64,000 nt of DNA from Octopus vulgaris. Its lineage: Eukaryota. Below the pieces are notes generated by a model. The model saw nothing but the letters and a program-made list of their open reading frames with translations. It was not told the DNA's origin and did not search any database. Location of the stretch: positions 114,700,001 to 114,764,000 of the forward strand of contig OX597815.1 in NCBI GenBank assembly GCA_951406725.2, in the 5' to 3' direction. The translations under genes were made by a program, and so were the position numbers. This document shows positions 12,741 to 24,334 of this stretch, in pieces; position 1 is the stretch's first letter, and each line of letters starts with the position of its first letter.

Positions 12741-13394
12741 CATAAATGCCAAAATTTAAGTTCTTAAACAGAAACTAAAATACAACCACAGCTAATAAAC
12801 TACCCATGTCATAATCACATAGACAAGCACATTTGGTGTTTATGAAATGCAACTAAAAATTAACTACTTTTGACTAGAGTATCTGTAATCATGCACAGTA
12901 ATGAGCTTATAATTAACTCAGTATCACTTAGAAGGTGATATAATGTCTCTTGGTTTTATTTAACAGTGTCTATAAAATGCTAGTTTGTAATGTAATAAAA
13001 ATTTGGTGGGCCTAATACACAATCCTATATATTGTTTAACTCTTGCTACCATTTTTCTGTTGAAATACACTGCATTTATTTCAATTAATTTTGAAAATAA
13101 CATATAATTCAGTAAAATGATTTTGTCAATTGTTGGAAGGTTTTAGGATCATTTCAAAGGAGGTTGGTAGCATACAAAAGGGTCAATACCACCACCTTAA
13201 CTAGGGATGACTTTAACAAGTTCATTCTGTTGCAAGCAGTCTGCCCAAACCCATTACCACCTTATTTTTATCTTGCATATGTTGAAGCTGAACACCAACC
13301 ATATTGATCTAACCTGTCTGAGAAGACCTACAAAGGTTATGGACACAGCTCCTCTTCTAAATACCTTATATATATATACATATATCTGTATATA

Positions 13395-13640
13395 TAATAA
13401 TAGTATTTTATAAGCATGAAGCTTATAAGCTATCACCACACAATAACTAAAGAAAATAGTCAAATAATGAGGCATATAAGCCCTCAATGAAAAAAAGTAG
13501 ATGTGGGGTTTGAATCCCATGTGTATAGGAAAACCTACTTTTTTCTGTCGAGGGCTTATATGCCCCATTATTAGACTATTTTCTTTAGTCATTGCATGGT
13601 GATCGCTTATATGCTTTAAGCTTATAAAACACTGTTATTA
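13395..13640. repeat. Palindromic MITE-like element (arms of about 105 bp)
   Basis: 13395-13500 is a near-perfect reverse complement of 13535-13640. Confidence 0.85.
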
Positions 13641-15399
13641 TTATTATTTACAGAATTTTAAAAATTGACACAAAACCATCACACATATATATATATAGTG
13701 AATGATAAGTGGAATCAACTGCATCATTAGTGTATGTTTTATGAAGACTAGAAATGTTTGAATTCAAGAGATAAATTAAATATTGTATACCAATATACCA
13801 TTTCTGGCAATCAACAAAATTCAATAATTTCAATAAATAGATATTTACTAAAAATGAAATTTAAAAAATTACATTAAGTTTATTTTAATCTAAATTTCAG
13901 TTTGTCTCTATTGCCAAACTGTCCAACCTCTCAATGCTGTTGCTTAGTCCTTTGCCAAACTTGATCAAAGACATTCTGATAGTGACTACTCTATTTGGGG
14001 AGGGGGCAGTTCAAGTACAGTGTATCTAGGACTACATTATCAAACGTGTAGTACCCCACCCCTTATTTTTTTTGTTAAGTATGAAGGTTTTGGCTTGAAG
14101 GAAAGCTGGTTGTTTCTATCATCATCACCATCATCGTTTAACGTCCGCTTTCCATGCTGGCATGGGTTGGACGGTTTAACTGAGGATCAAGTTTAGCAAA
14201 TATAAAGAGGCTTCTTTGTTGGCCTTGTCTCTACAAGATATAGAATACATCATTGTATCAGCAATTACTATTTTGCTCTCACATCCAACATTTCAAGAGG
14301 GAAGGAACTAATCATAAAAGACAACCTCCGAAATCAACCGTAAATCACTCTCTTCCTTTACAAGTATACATCAAAGTAACTAAGCACATACCCGCTTCCA
14401 AAACACACTAGAAATTTCTTGTCCTTCAATATATTGAAATCAAATCCTTTTATTGATAGTTAAAGAATTATCTACAATTATTATCCCTGAATGACTAAAT
14501 AAAGTATTTTGGATTGCTAAAAACAAAGTAAAGTTATTTATTCTTCTTGATATCGGCAAAGGGTTCAACCTTTGAGAATATTCTAGCAAAGCTAATCGTC
14601 TTTGGATTCCACTTAGCACTAATCACTGACGGAACGGTTTGAACCCAATTTCTAGATTCTTTACAAACCGATTTCATTCTCATGCTAAACTGTCATACAG
14701 TCTTTCATCTAGAGTAGAATTTATCTGTCGGAGAAGTCAAGCACAATACAATCTATAATTGGTTTGAGATGCCATGTAATAAACTAAATCTTGGCTTCAA
14801 TTCTAATAAACAAATCCTAAATAGCTGTAAACATGATTTCATCAATTTTTTTTTTAAATAGTAATAAAATAAAATGTTAGATTTAATAATTAAAATTTAA
14901 CACAAAACTTATTTCTAGTAACGGAATGTTTCACGTCACAGCTAACTTTATATAGAGCACTATTAAAGAATGGTAATTTTTTTTTCTTTTAATACGGACA
15001 GGTTATTTTAGCCCCCATCCACACCCATATAGATATCTGATTGAGTTGACCTACAATTAAAGTCATTCCGATCCCAACCATCGCGTTTTATCCTCTCGAA
15101 CTTTTCATGTAGAGAACAACATTATCTAAACTGTCATTTTATTTTATTTAAAGATGATATATGATTCGAAGGGAATTAGGTTGCAATTTCTAGCAGGTCG
15201 AGCAACCACGTAAGAATCCTCCACGAAGCTCGTCAATCTGGACAGTTTGCTTGTTTTGAGATTGTCATCTTCATATCAGAAGTTGCGAAGTTTTGAAAGC
15301 ATTGCTGTGTTGTTAATAGACATAGATTTTCAATGGGAAACGGTAAAAAAATTATCCAGCAAAACTACATTACGAAAATAAAACAACCGTAATAATCCA

Positions 15400-16350
15400 A
15401 CACTTTATATGAAAAATAATAAATAAGAGCCGGCCGCTGGAGTAAACAACGAATGAGGAGTTAAACTTATGAACCAGTTTCTATTCTTAATTATTTCACA
15501 TGTACGTCATATAACTCTTGAGAATCTCATTTCTCCTCACCAATATTTTTTAGGAATTTGTGGGACCTCAACATACCATTTATTATTACATTAGTTCAAA
15601 CTCATGTAATAATGCCTAACAATAACAACATATTGAAATGAAATTCTTTCACTGATAGTTGACGATTTACCCCAAAATTAAACACCCTAAATAGATAAAT
15701 AAAGTATTTACAACAAGCTGAAACCCCAGAAAAGTCGAAGATAGATAGATATGAAAGAATAAGAACGTACCGTGAAAAACAAATGCTGCACATGAGAGAA
15801 GGATACGAATAAGCGATAATACCTCGCACTGATGGCGGCTTAGATGTAACACTTTGCGCCACCTGCTGGCGAATACTCATCAAACGAAGGGGAGAAAACT
15901 TACCTAGTTACTATCAACTATCACGATGTAAGTGTAACTTTTCGTTTCTCTATGGTATTTCTAAACCTTGACTGTTTTTAACAAATGTTTACATGTTTGA
16001 TTGTTATGATTTTACAGTGATGTTAAGAAGCATTATGCGTGTTAGATAAATGCCTAAATTAAAAACTCACAGTAGCTTGATGAACATGCTCGGAAGTAAA
16101 ATGTTACGACCGAGTGGAGCAACATTTCATAAAGGCGACATATCTTCAGTTTAGTGCTCCCACTACCGGCTTTATTATTTTTTCTTAGTGCACGTTTTTA
16201 ACTGAAATTTTGCAGACATACGTTATTAAAGGCAATAGATACCTAAACCGAAGGATCGCCGATATGACGATTATGTTAATGAAATAAAAACAAAAACTTG
16301 TCGATTTCTTTTTACTAACTTGTTCGTGATTATTATACAACTGAAAAATA
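15400..16350. promoter_or_regulatory. Probable bidirectional promoter / first-exon region for MED14 (-) and the orphan gene (+)
   Basis: Local CpG enrichment; ETS motif CGGAAGT at 16091-16097; strong minus-strand donors (GTGAGT at 16070, AG|GTAAGT at 15903) and a plus-strand GTAAGT at 15928. The MED14 ATG exon needs an upstream non-coding exon. Confidence 0.55.
15856..15870 (-). promoter_or_regulatory. CTCF-binding motif
   Basis: Reverse complement GCCAGCAGGTGGCGC matches the CTCF core consensus CCASYAGRKGGCRS. Confidence 0.6.
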
Positions 16351-16739
16351 AATCGAGGATCTTATCTTAATTAATATCATATATTATCAATATAAATTAG
16401 AAGGCTCAATAAAAAAATTCCTATCTTCGTTTGGTTGCAACAATTCAGTATCATTACTGAATGCTTTTGTTTTGCATTGTGTACCCATACATTTGATTTG
16501 TATTGTACTTCGCTTTATCGTGCCTTTGACTTTCACGTTGATAATAAATGATATAAAGTAAAGATTATTTGCCAACCTAATGTGACAGTCCCGGTTGGAA
16601 CGAATGCTACTGTTGTTCAGCCCCAGGTGACATCGTCACCAGCTAGCTATACGACGATGTCTCCTGTTTGTATGTATATGAATACACATATACATAAAAG
16701 CATTGATAATTAGGCGTAACTTCGATATAGGTCCCGGAA

Positions 16740-17260
16740 GTACCAGCTTGCTTACGAAGCACATGGTACCGGGTTCAGTCCCACTACGTGGCACCTTGGG
16801 CAATTGTCTTCTACTATAGCCTCAGGCCTACCAAAGCCTTGTGAGTGGATTTGGTAGACGGAAACTGAAAGAAGATCGTCGGTTGTATGTATATATATAT
16901 ATATAAGTGTGTGTGTGTTTGTCCGCCCTCCCCCCCAACATCGCTTGACAACCGATGCTGGTATGTTTATGTCCCCATAACTTAGCTATTTGGCAAAACA
17001 GACCGATAGAATAAGTACTAAGCTTACAAAGAATAAGTCCTGGGGTCGATTTGCTCGACTAAATGAAGTAAAAACAAGTAAAAGAGTATATGTATATATA
17101 TATATATGGGTTGGACGGTTTGATTGGGCTAGCATGCTGGAAGGCTGCAACAGGCTCCAGTCTGATTTGGCATGGCTTTCTACGGCTGGATGCTCTTCTT
17201 GACATCAAGCACTCCAAGAGTGTAATGGGTGCTTTTACGTGCCACTGGCACGGGTGCCAT
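16740..17260. mobile_element. SINE family B (+, 16740-17062) followed by an RTE tail fragment (-, 17108-17260)
   Basis: Sequence identity to other copies in the window. Confidence 0.75.
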
Positions 17261-17763
17261 TTGTGTGAGGAATGCAAGCCACTTTGCCTCCATGTGGCCC
17301 AACGCTGATGATATGTATATATTTATATTCACATTCAGTTAAATGAAAGCAAGAAAATGGAGAGTTAATGATAATTATCTATTATTAAAAAATTGGTAAT
17401 CTTTACTTGTAGCCATTTCTATTAGTACTCAATAGGTAAATTACAAATTTATGCTTCAAATTTGCATTTATATGTTATGAGCATAATTTCATCAAAGAAA
17501 GTTATACATTAAGATATTACATGTCGCCCTTTATATATATATATGTGTAATGTATGTATGTATGTGAGTGTGTGTAAGCCCTCTAAGAATCCATAAGTCG
17601 GGAAAAAATGCTCTCCTATATCTGTTAGTAGAGTGGGTATATTTATCGAAGTGTACAGTATTATGTAATTATGTATTGCGCTTGATCTTACCAATCAGTT
17701 TTACACCAGGTGTTCAACAGAGTGTCAGGTAACAGTTTGATTATGTAATCCTGTGCTTTTCAG

Positions 17764-17872
17764 AGTTGGCATTTAATATTTCATTTCATACCTGCCATCT
17801 CAGAAGAGTGCTGCATTACATAATTGGACTGTTAGCTAACACTCCATTGAACTCCTAATGCGAAACTGATTG
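17764..17872 (+). other. Candidate non-coding 5' UTR exon of the orphan gene
   Basis: GTGCTTTTCAG acceptor and TG|GTAAGA donor flank 109 nt of unique sequence; stops in all three frames. Confidence 0.35.
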
Positions 17873-19276
17873 GTAAGATTAGCCATAATGGATTTTGTGT
17901 TTGTGTCCCTGTAACTTCGTGGCTCAGCAAATGATATCAATAGTATAAGTACCAGGATTTAAAAAAAAGTACTAGAGTCAATTCATTTGACTAAAAATTC
18001 TCAAGTCAAAGCCCCAGCATGGCTGCAGTCTAATTACTGAAACAAGTAAATAAAAAAAAAAGATAAAGTTATGGTAAAAACAGAGATAGGAGGGCACTAA
18101 ACCATAGTTATGTCCTACTAAGGCTATGCACTGCATGCCTTTCACTTTCATATTGATCAGGATAATAATATCAATTTTTAAGTTGTGCAATGATCAAGAG
18201 CCAAGTAGTAGGATGGTTTTAAAAGTATAAACTTCTTTTCCATGTAAAAGAAAATATGAAAAAAAATAATTAAAAAATTATCAATCAAAATTTTCATCAT
18301 CTACACCTTTGAAAATGTATTCAGGAAACATTCATTTAAAAATTCCACTAAAATATATCCATTATTAGGAAGATTATGTAAAAAAGAAAAGTCAGATGAG
18401 CACTAAAATGTACTTAGGTCGTAGGGTACATATAAGATACCCTTACAAAACTTATGCCTTTACAACACAGAAGACCCCCACTACCCAATCTACTCCATAT
18501 TATGCATCTGCTTCACCATAACTCTAGGGGAGTTTTGCTTTCTGATCTCTAATTTTTCACTTGTGAATATGAAGAGTAAATGCATTGTATTGGCAGATTC
18601 TATGAGCAGTAGCAGTAGTAGCAGCTGCTGTTTGACCCCAGGTCAATTCTAGTCAAGCAGACCTATAATGAACAGGCATTCCAGCCATGACAATCACATT
18701 TTTGTTTTCCTCAAATGATGAATTAGTTCAGTGTTCAGAGCACAAGTCAAACTGTGTTGCAATATTTGTTCCAGCTCTCTACACTCTTTTTGCATTTAAT
18801 AATTCTTTCAAGGGTGATAAAATTAAAATATACCAGTCCAAATTGTTTGTATAAATACACTGACTATGTATATATGTTTGTATTACTGCCTCCTTGCCTT
18901 TCATCATGTGATAGTTGCAAGCAGTGTCCTTCATTTTGGAGACATGTCTAGTCAAGGGGAAAAATTACCTTACTTGGAAATAGATGAGGGTTGGTGATAG
19001 GAAACACATCCAGTTGTTGAAAATCTGTCTCAACTAATTTCATGTGGCCCATGCAATCATGGGAAAGCAGACATTAAAATTATGATAACAGCAACAACTC
19101 TCTGTTAACTGTTTTTATTTACAAATTGATGTGTTAATCATTTGCATGAGAATGTGTTCAAATGACATTCGCCACCAGAACTTTCATTATGTTTTTTGTA
19201 AGTAATTATTCTTTACTACTCTTATTTTTTTTGCTTATTTTGCAGGCCATCACCAAGTACCTTATCAAATTGGTCA

Positions 19277-22200
19277 ATGTATAGATTACTTGAATTATCA
19301 TCAGTTAACTGCCTATTTGTAATTGATACCATTAAATATTTATACCCACAATTGAATTCAAGTTGTCGTGATCACTGTAAAATAAATAAACTGCAAGACT
19401 TCCACAAACAATTTTCAGCTATAAACTCAATTCATAGTTGTAAAAATTTTGAAAATATTAAAGAACATGATTTTAATTGGTTTATTAAATTATATTCCAA
19501 GTAAGTTTCCTATTTTTTTAAAACTTTTCTTGTACTTTTTAACATTCATTTATCAATGCTGGCTTGAATATAATTTCTTTTGTGTTATTGTGCACATGAA
19601 CATGTTGGTACTCATTTCCGAAATGGAAATAAGTACCAACACTTGAACAACTGTGAAGATCTCTTCACAAGAAATCATTGGTAACCTTGTTAACCAACAA
19701 ATAAACAGTATATATATATATATATTTTAAAGGTTGTCTGTTATGGCCATTGGTTTTGCACTTAGCTGTATAGGCAACTCATCAGATGTACTTTCAACCA
19801 TTTGGGTCTGACAAGTCACCTATACAGTTAAGCTAAACGAATGGTCTCTCTCTGACTGCATTTAACAAACAACCTACTAAATATACTACTGCTCTAATGT
19901 GTTAGAGTGTGCTTCCTTTTTGGATATATGAACTACTGACGCGCGCGCACACACACACACACTCATAGGTGCGGATATGACTCTGGTTAGGAAGTCTTGA
20001 TATCCCAAGCATATAGCTTTGGATTCAGTCCCACTGCATGGCATTTTGAACAAGTGTCTTCTGCTATACCCCAATGCCAAAGAAAGTCATGTGAGTAGAT
20101 TTGGTTGAGAGAAACTAAATGAGGCCTGTTGTATATGTATGCATATATGTGTGTGTGTGTGTGTGTGTTTCTGTCTACTTGTCTTGACATCATGTGATAG
20201 TTGTAAAACAAGCATCATTATCAACGAAATGGTGTTGTTTGTTTTCCAGTCTTCCATGGAAACCCGTTTGGCCATGAGGAAATATTAACCTTGCTTGAAA
20301 ACATATGAAGGTTGGTAACAGGAAATGCATCCAATCATAGAAAATCTGGTTTGACAAATTCTGTCTGACCCATGCATACATGAAAAAGTGAACATTACAA
20401 CAATGGGGATATATAAATGCAACTCCAGCTCACAAGATATTCTAATCCCAGTTAGACATATATTTGGAGCTTAGATAAATGCACAAATTGCAGCATTCAC
20501 ATTCCATTGAACTTTCTATACACATACCTACATAAGGTAATATAATGGATAGTAAAAATATCAATTAAATTTGAAGTCAATCTTAATCATAAATATTTGA
20601 TCAGAGAATTTATGCTAAAATCAGAAGAAATATCTATCTAGTGCAGGTAAAATTCCCGAGATCCATGAACAAGTTCTCTCCAGCAGTCTATGTTCCTCAT
20701 CATCACTGCCTTGTCCTGTGTCTCCCAGAGACCAGTATCTATCCTTAGGGCATTACGTAAGTCATCCTCGGGCTTCCTCTTCTAGTGTGTCCATGTAGGG
20801 GCTCCCACAGAAGCACTGAGTGCAGTACCAACTCTGAATGATGGTGAGCATGTCCAGCTAACCTCAGTCTCCTCTATGTTATTTTCGAGCTAACTATTGG
20901 AAGGTTCTTGTACAGCGCTGAGTTCTTCATCCTCAGTATATGCTGATTAATGTTTGTGCTTTCAATTCCTAGACCAAGAGGTATATTGTGTTCTTGAACA
21001 AAACACATCTCACATTGCTCTGCGATCACTTTAACACCTGATGTGTGGTACATTGTGCACCTGTTTAGGCAACATCGGTTTTATGGAGGAAGTGAGCTAA
21101 TATACAGCTCATACATTTGATCACAATAAACAAATCATTTGTGCAGGTTGTTCAGCAAGAAACAGCAGAATGGTCTTTTTTTGAAGTACAAGAGACTACC
21201 ATCATCAGCATACATCTTAGTCACTAACACCATTTGAGCGTGGCTGCTGCCAGTACCACGTGACTGGCCCTCGTGCCGGTGGCATTAAAAGCACCCACTA
21301 CACTCTCGGAGTGGTTGGCGTTAGGAAGGGCATCCAGCTGTAGAAACTCTGCCAGATCAAGACTGGAGCCTGGTGCAGCCATCTGGTTTGCCAGTCCTCA
21401 ATCAAATCGTCCAACCCATGCCAGCATGGAAAGCAGACGTTAAACGATGATGATCAAATGTATGAGCTGTATGTTAGCTCACTTCCTCCATCAAACCAAT
21501 GTTGCTTGAACAGGTGCACAGTATACCACACATCAGGTGTTGAAGTGATCACAGAGCAATGTGAGATAAATGTTTTGTTCAAGAAAACAATGCACCACCT
21601 TGTCCAGGAATTGAAACCACAATCCTGCAATCATGAGTGCAACACCCTGAACACTAGGCCATGTACCCTCACCAAGAATAGAATGTATAAGCTAAAAGAA
21701 ACCCATCTGAAAGGGCAAGTTTCAGATATTTTAAGAAATATTTTTTCATGTGAAGTAATTTACTCATAACCACTCTTCTAATAATTATTTGCTTGTATTT
21801 TTCAAAAGTTTCTACAGACTAATGACTTCTTTTTTTTTTCTTTTCATACAGGGTCAATTCTTCAGAGATATGTAGCAGCCCCTCAAAGGGTGATATTTTC
21901 CAGTTATGCCAAAAAACTAACGAAGATTTCAGAATACTGTTGAAGCAGTTAGTTGAACAATATTCTTGTCTGCGCTTAGAACAAAAATTTGATGTAAAAA
22001 AACGGTTAGCTTTATTAAAATTATTCCACCAGAATATGCTTGAGCTTCAAAGCAATGCAGAATTCAATATAGATAAAGAGATGAAGTCTCCTTTTACTTG
22101 GTCAGACATAGAGCCATTGAACCAAAATTGTTCTGAATCTAATTCAAAGACACTTCATCCAGTTAGTACAACAAAAGGAATAATTTTAAACTTGCAAGAT

Positions 22201-22467
22201 AATGTTACACAGAAATGTTTAGATGCTCAACAACTATTAAACAATACATCACCTAGTTCATCATATATTCAAATTGCAACACAGAATGCTCCAGTGGATA
22301 CACTAAATAAACACTCAGAAAGTGGAGATAATATGATAGTTCAAAAAATATCTATTAATAAACCAAATAAAATTATCCAGAGAGAGATTGACAGATTTGT
22401 TTCTAAGGTGTGTAGAAAGAATAAATTATTGCTTCTTGAGATAAATGAGAACTCAACTATACGATAA
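19277..22467 (+). CDS. Uncharacterised spliced protein, about 279 aa (exons 19277-19500 and 21852-22467)
   Basis: Exon 19246-19500 (TTTTGCAG acceptor, GTAAGT donor, phase 2) joins in frame to exon 21852-22467 (long pyrimidine tract plus CAG). MYRLLELSSVNC...WFIKLYSK/VNSSEICSSPSKGDIFQLCQK...NENSTIR*. AATAAA at 23018-23023. Confidence 0.7.
19967..20400 (+). mobile_element. SINE family B head with RTE-type 3' tail
   Basis: Head as at 12358; tail GGAAATGCATCCAATCATAGAAAA...CATGAAAAAGTGAACATT resembles the RTE tail. Confidence 0.65.
20700..20945 (-). mobile_element. Degenerate RTE-like LINE ORF2 C-terminal fragment
   Basis: Minus strand reads RRLRLAGHAHHHSELVLHSVLLWEP. Confidence 0.6.
20960..21665. 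repeat. Inverted pair of SINE copies (20960-21123 +, 21451-21665 -) around an RTE tail (21230-21454)
   Basis: Arms of about 165 bp that are clear reverse complements. Confidence 0.85.
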
Positions 22468-23061
22468 AAGCATAAATCTTGCTACACCTTTAACTCATGA
22501 AGATGTATATCATATTAATTCTGAAAAGAAGGAAGTTGCTTTGTCAAGATCAAAAAAAAAAAGACAGATTCAAATTGAAAAAAATTCTAAAATTCTTGCT
22601 GAAAAGATTCAAAGATAAAATTATGGAAAAAAAGCATAAACAAGTACAAATGTAAACAATTGCATAAAAGAACTCAACCTTGTAAAATGCTTGTTTTTAA
22701 AACAAAAACCCAATACCTCTGATTTCCTCTTAAATTTTATTTTTTTCCAATTTTATCTAGTGATTTAATTTGTTACTTTCATTTTGGTGCAAGTTCAATT
22801 TTTTTATAGAGGAGAGACAGTCAAACAAGTCTACTACCTTACTGTTGCCTTGTTACTATCCTAGAGACACTGAGTTTATATACTATAAAAAATCAGGGAT
22901 AACCCATTGACGTTTGTATTAATGCCACTTTTATGGATATTTTTTTTTTAATATATCTTGTTCTTGTTGCTATATTCTCTCAGTAAATTTCTATATTTTT
23001 CATTCTTATTTATGAACAATAAAGTCTAGATCCCGAATACTTGTCTGATAAAGAAATTTTA

Positions 23062-23680
23062 TCATCGTTTAACGTCTGCTTTCCATGCTGGCATAGGTTG
23101 GACAGTTTGACTGAAGACATGGAAAACAGACATTAAACGATGATGATGATGATGATGATGGCAAGCCAGGAGGCTGCACCAGGCTCCAATCTGAACCAGC
23201 AAGATTTCTACAGCTGGATGCCCTTCCTAACGCCAACCATTCCAAGAGTGTAGTGGGTGCTTTTTACGTGCCACCAGCACAGGGGCCAGTCAGATGGTGC
23301 TGGCATGAGAGCTAGTCAGGCAGTACTGGCATTGACCAGGCTCGAATGGTGCTTTTTACATACCATCAGCACAGGTACCAGTCAGGCGGCACTGGCATCA
23401 GCCATAACAACAGCTTCACTTGACTCAACAGGTTTTCTCAAGCACAGCATATTGCCCAACAATTAAAAGGTGTTTTTAAGTGGGACAGTTATGCAACACA
23501 GGCATCAGCTATGATCTCACTCGGCTTGCCAGGTCTTCTCAAGCACAGCATATCTCCAAAGGTCTCAGTCGCTTGTCTTTGCCTCCATGAAGCCCAACAT
23601 TCGAAGGTCATGCTTCACCACCTTGTCCCAGGTCTTCCTGGGTTTACCTCTTCCACAGGTTCTCTCCACTGTTAGTGTAT
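23062..23680 (-). mobile_element. RTE LINE 3' end fragment
   Basis: ORF2 end ([18 protein letters not shown]) plus 3' UTR and tail on the minus strand. Confidence 0.85.
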
Positions 23681-23719
23681 GACATCGTAATACATATATA
23701 CTTGTCTGAAATTTTAATC

Positions 23720-24121
23720 TTTTCTACTCTAGGCACAAGACCTGAAATTTTGGAGGAGGGGACCAGTCAATTAGATTGACCCCAGTACATAACTGGTACT
23801 TAATTTATCGACCCCAAAATGATGAAAGACAAAGTCAACCTCAATGGAATTTGAACTCAGAATGTCAAGACAGATAAAATAACGCTAAGCATTTCACCAG
23901 GCGTACTAATGTTTCTTATTTCTTTATTGCCCACAAGGGGCTAAACATGGACAGACAAAAAGGGATTAAGTCGATTACATCGACCCCAGTGCATAACTGG
24001 TACTTAATTTATCGACCCCCAAAGGGATTAAAGGCAAAGTTGGCCTCAGTGGAATAACAGCAGATGAAATACCGCTAAGCATTTTGCCTGGTGTGCTAAC
24101 GTTTCTTCCAGCTTGCTGCCT
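23720..24121 (-). mobile_element. Two tandem SINE family A copies with different 3' tails
   Basis: Shared GACCCCAGT...AACTGGTACTTAATTTATCGACCCC core appears twice. Confidence 0.8.
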
Positions 24122-24334
24122 TGTCTGAAATGTTAATACTATTAAGACTATGAAGAGGAAAATATGGAAAAGAAAGGTGAAAATATCATTATTCATGCAG
24201 TGAAGAAGTCATTATCAATTATTCACTCAATCCATTTGGAAAGTCTGTTATTTAGTAATTCATTGATATAAAAGCACAACCATCCAACTTATGCCAGCAT
24301 GGACAACAGACTTTAAATGATAGTAATATCATCA

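Noticed and set aside
19146-19197. Extra coding exon MRMCSNDIRHQNFHYVF for the orphan gene
   Set aside because: It would need a 48-nt intron, and neither ATG frame matches the phase of the exon at 19246
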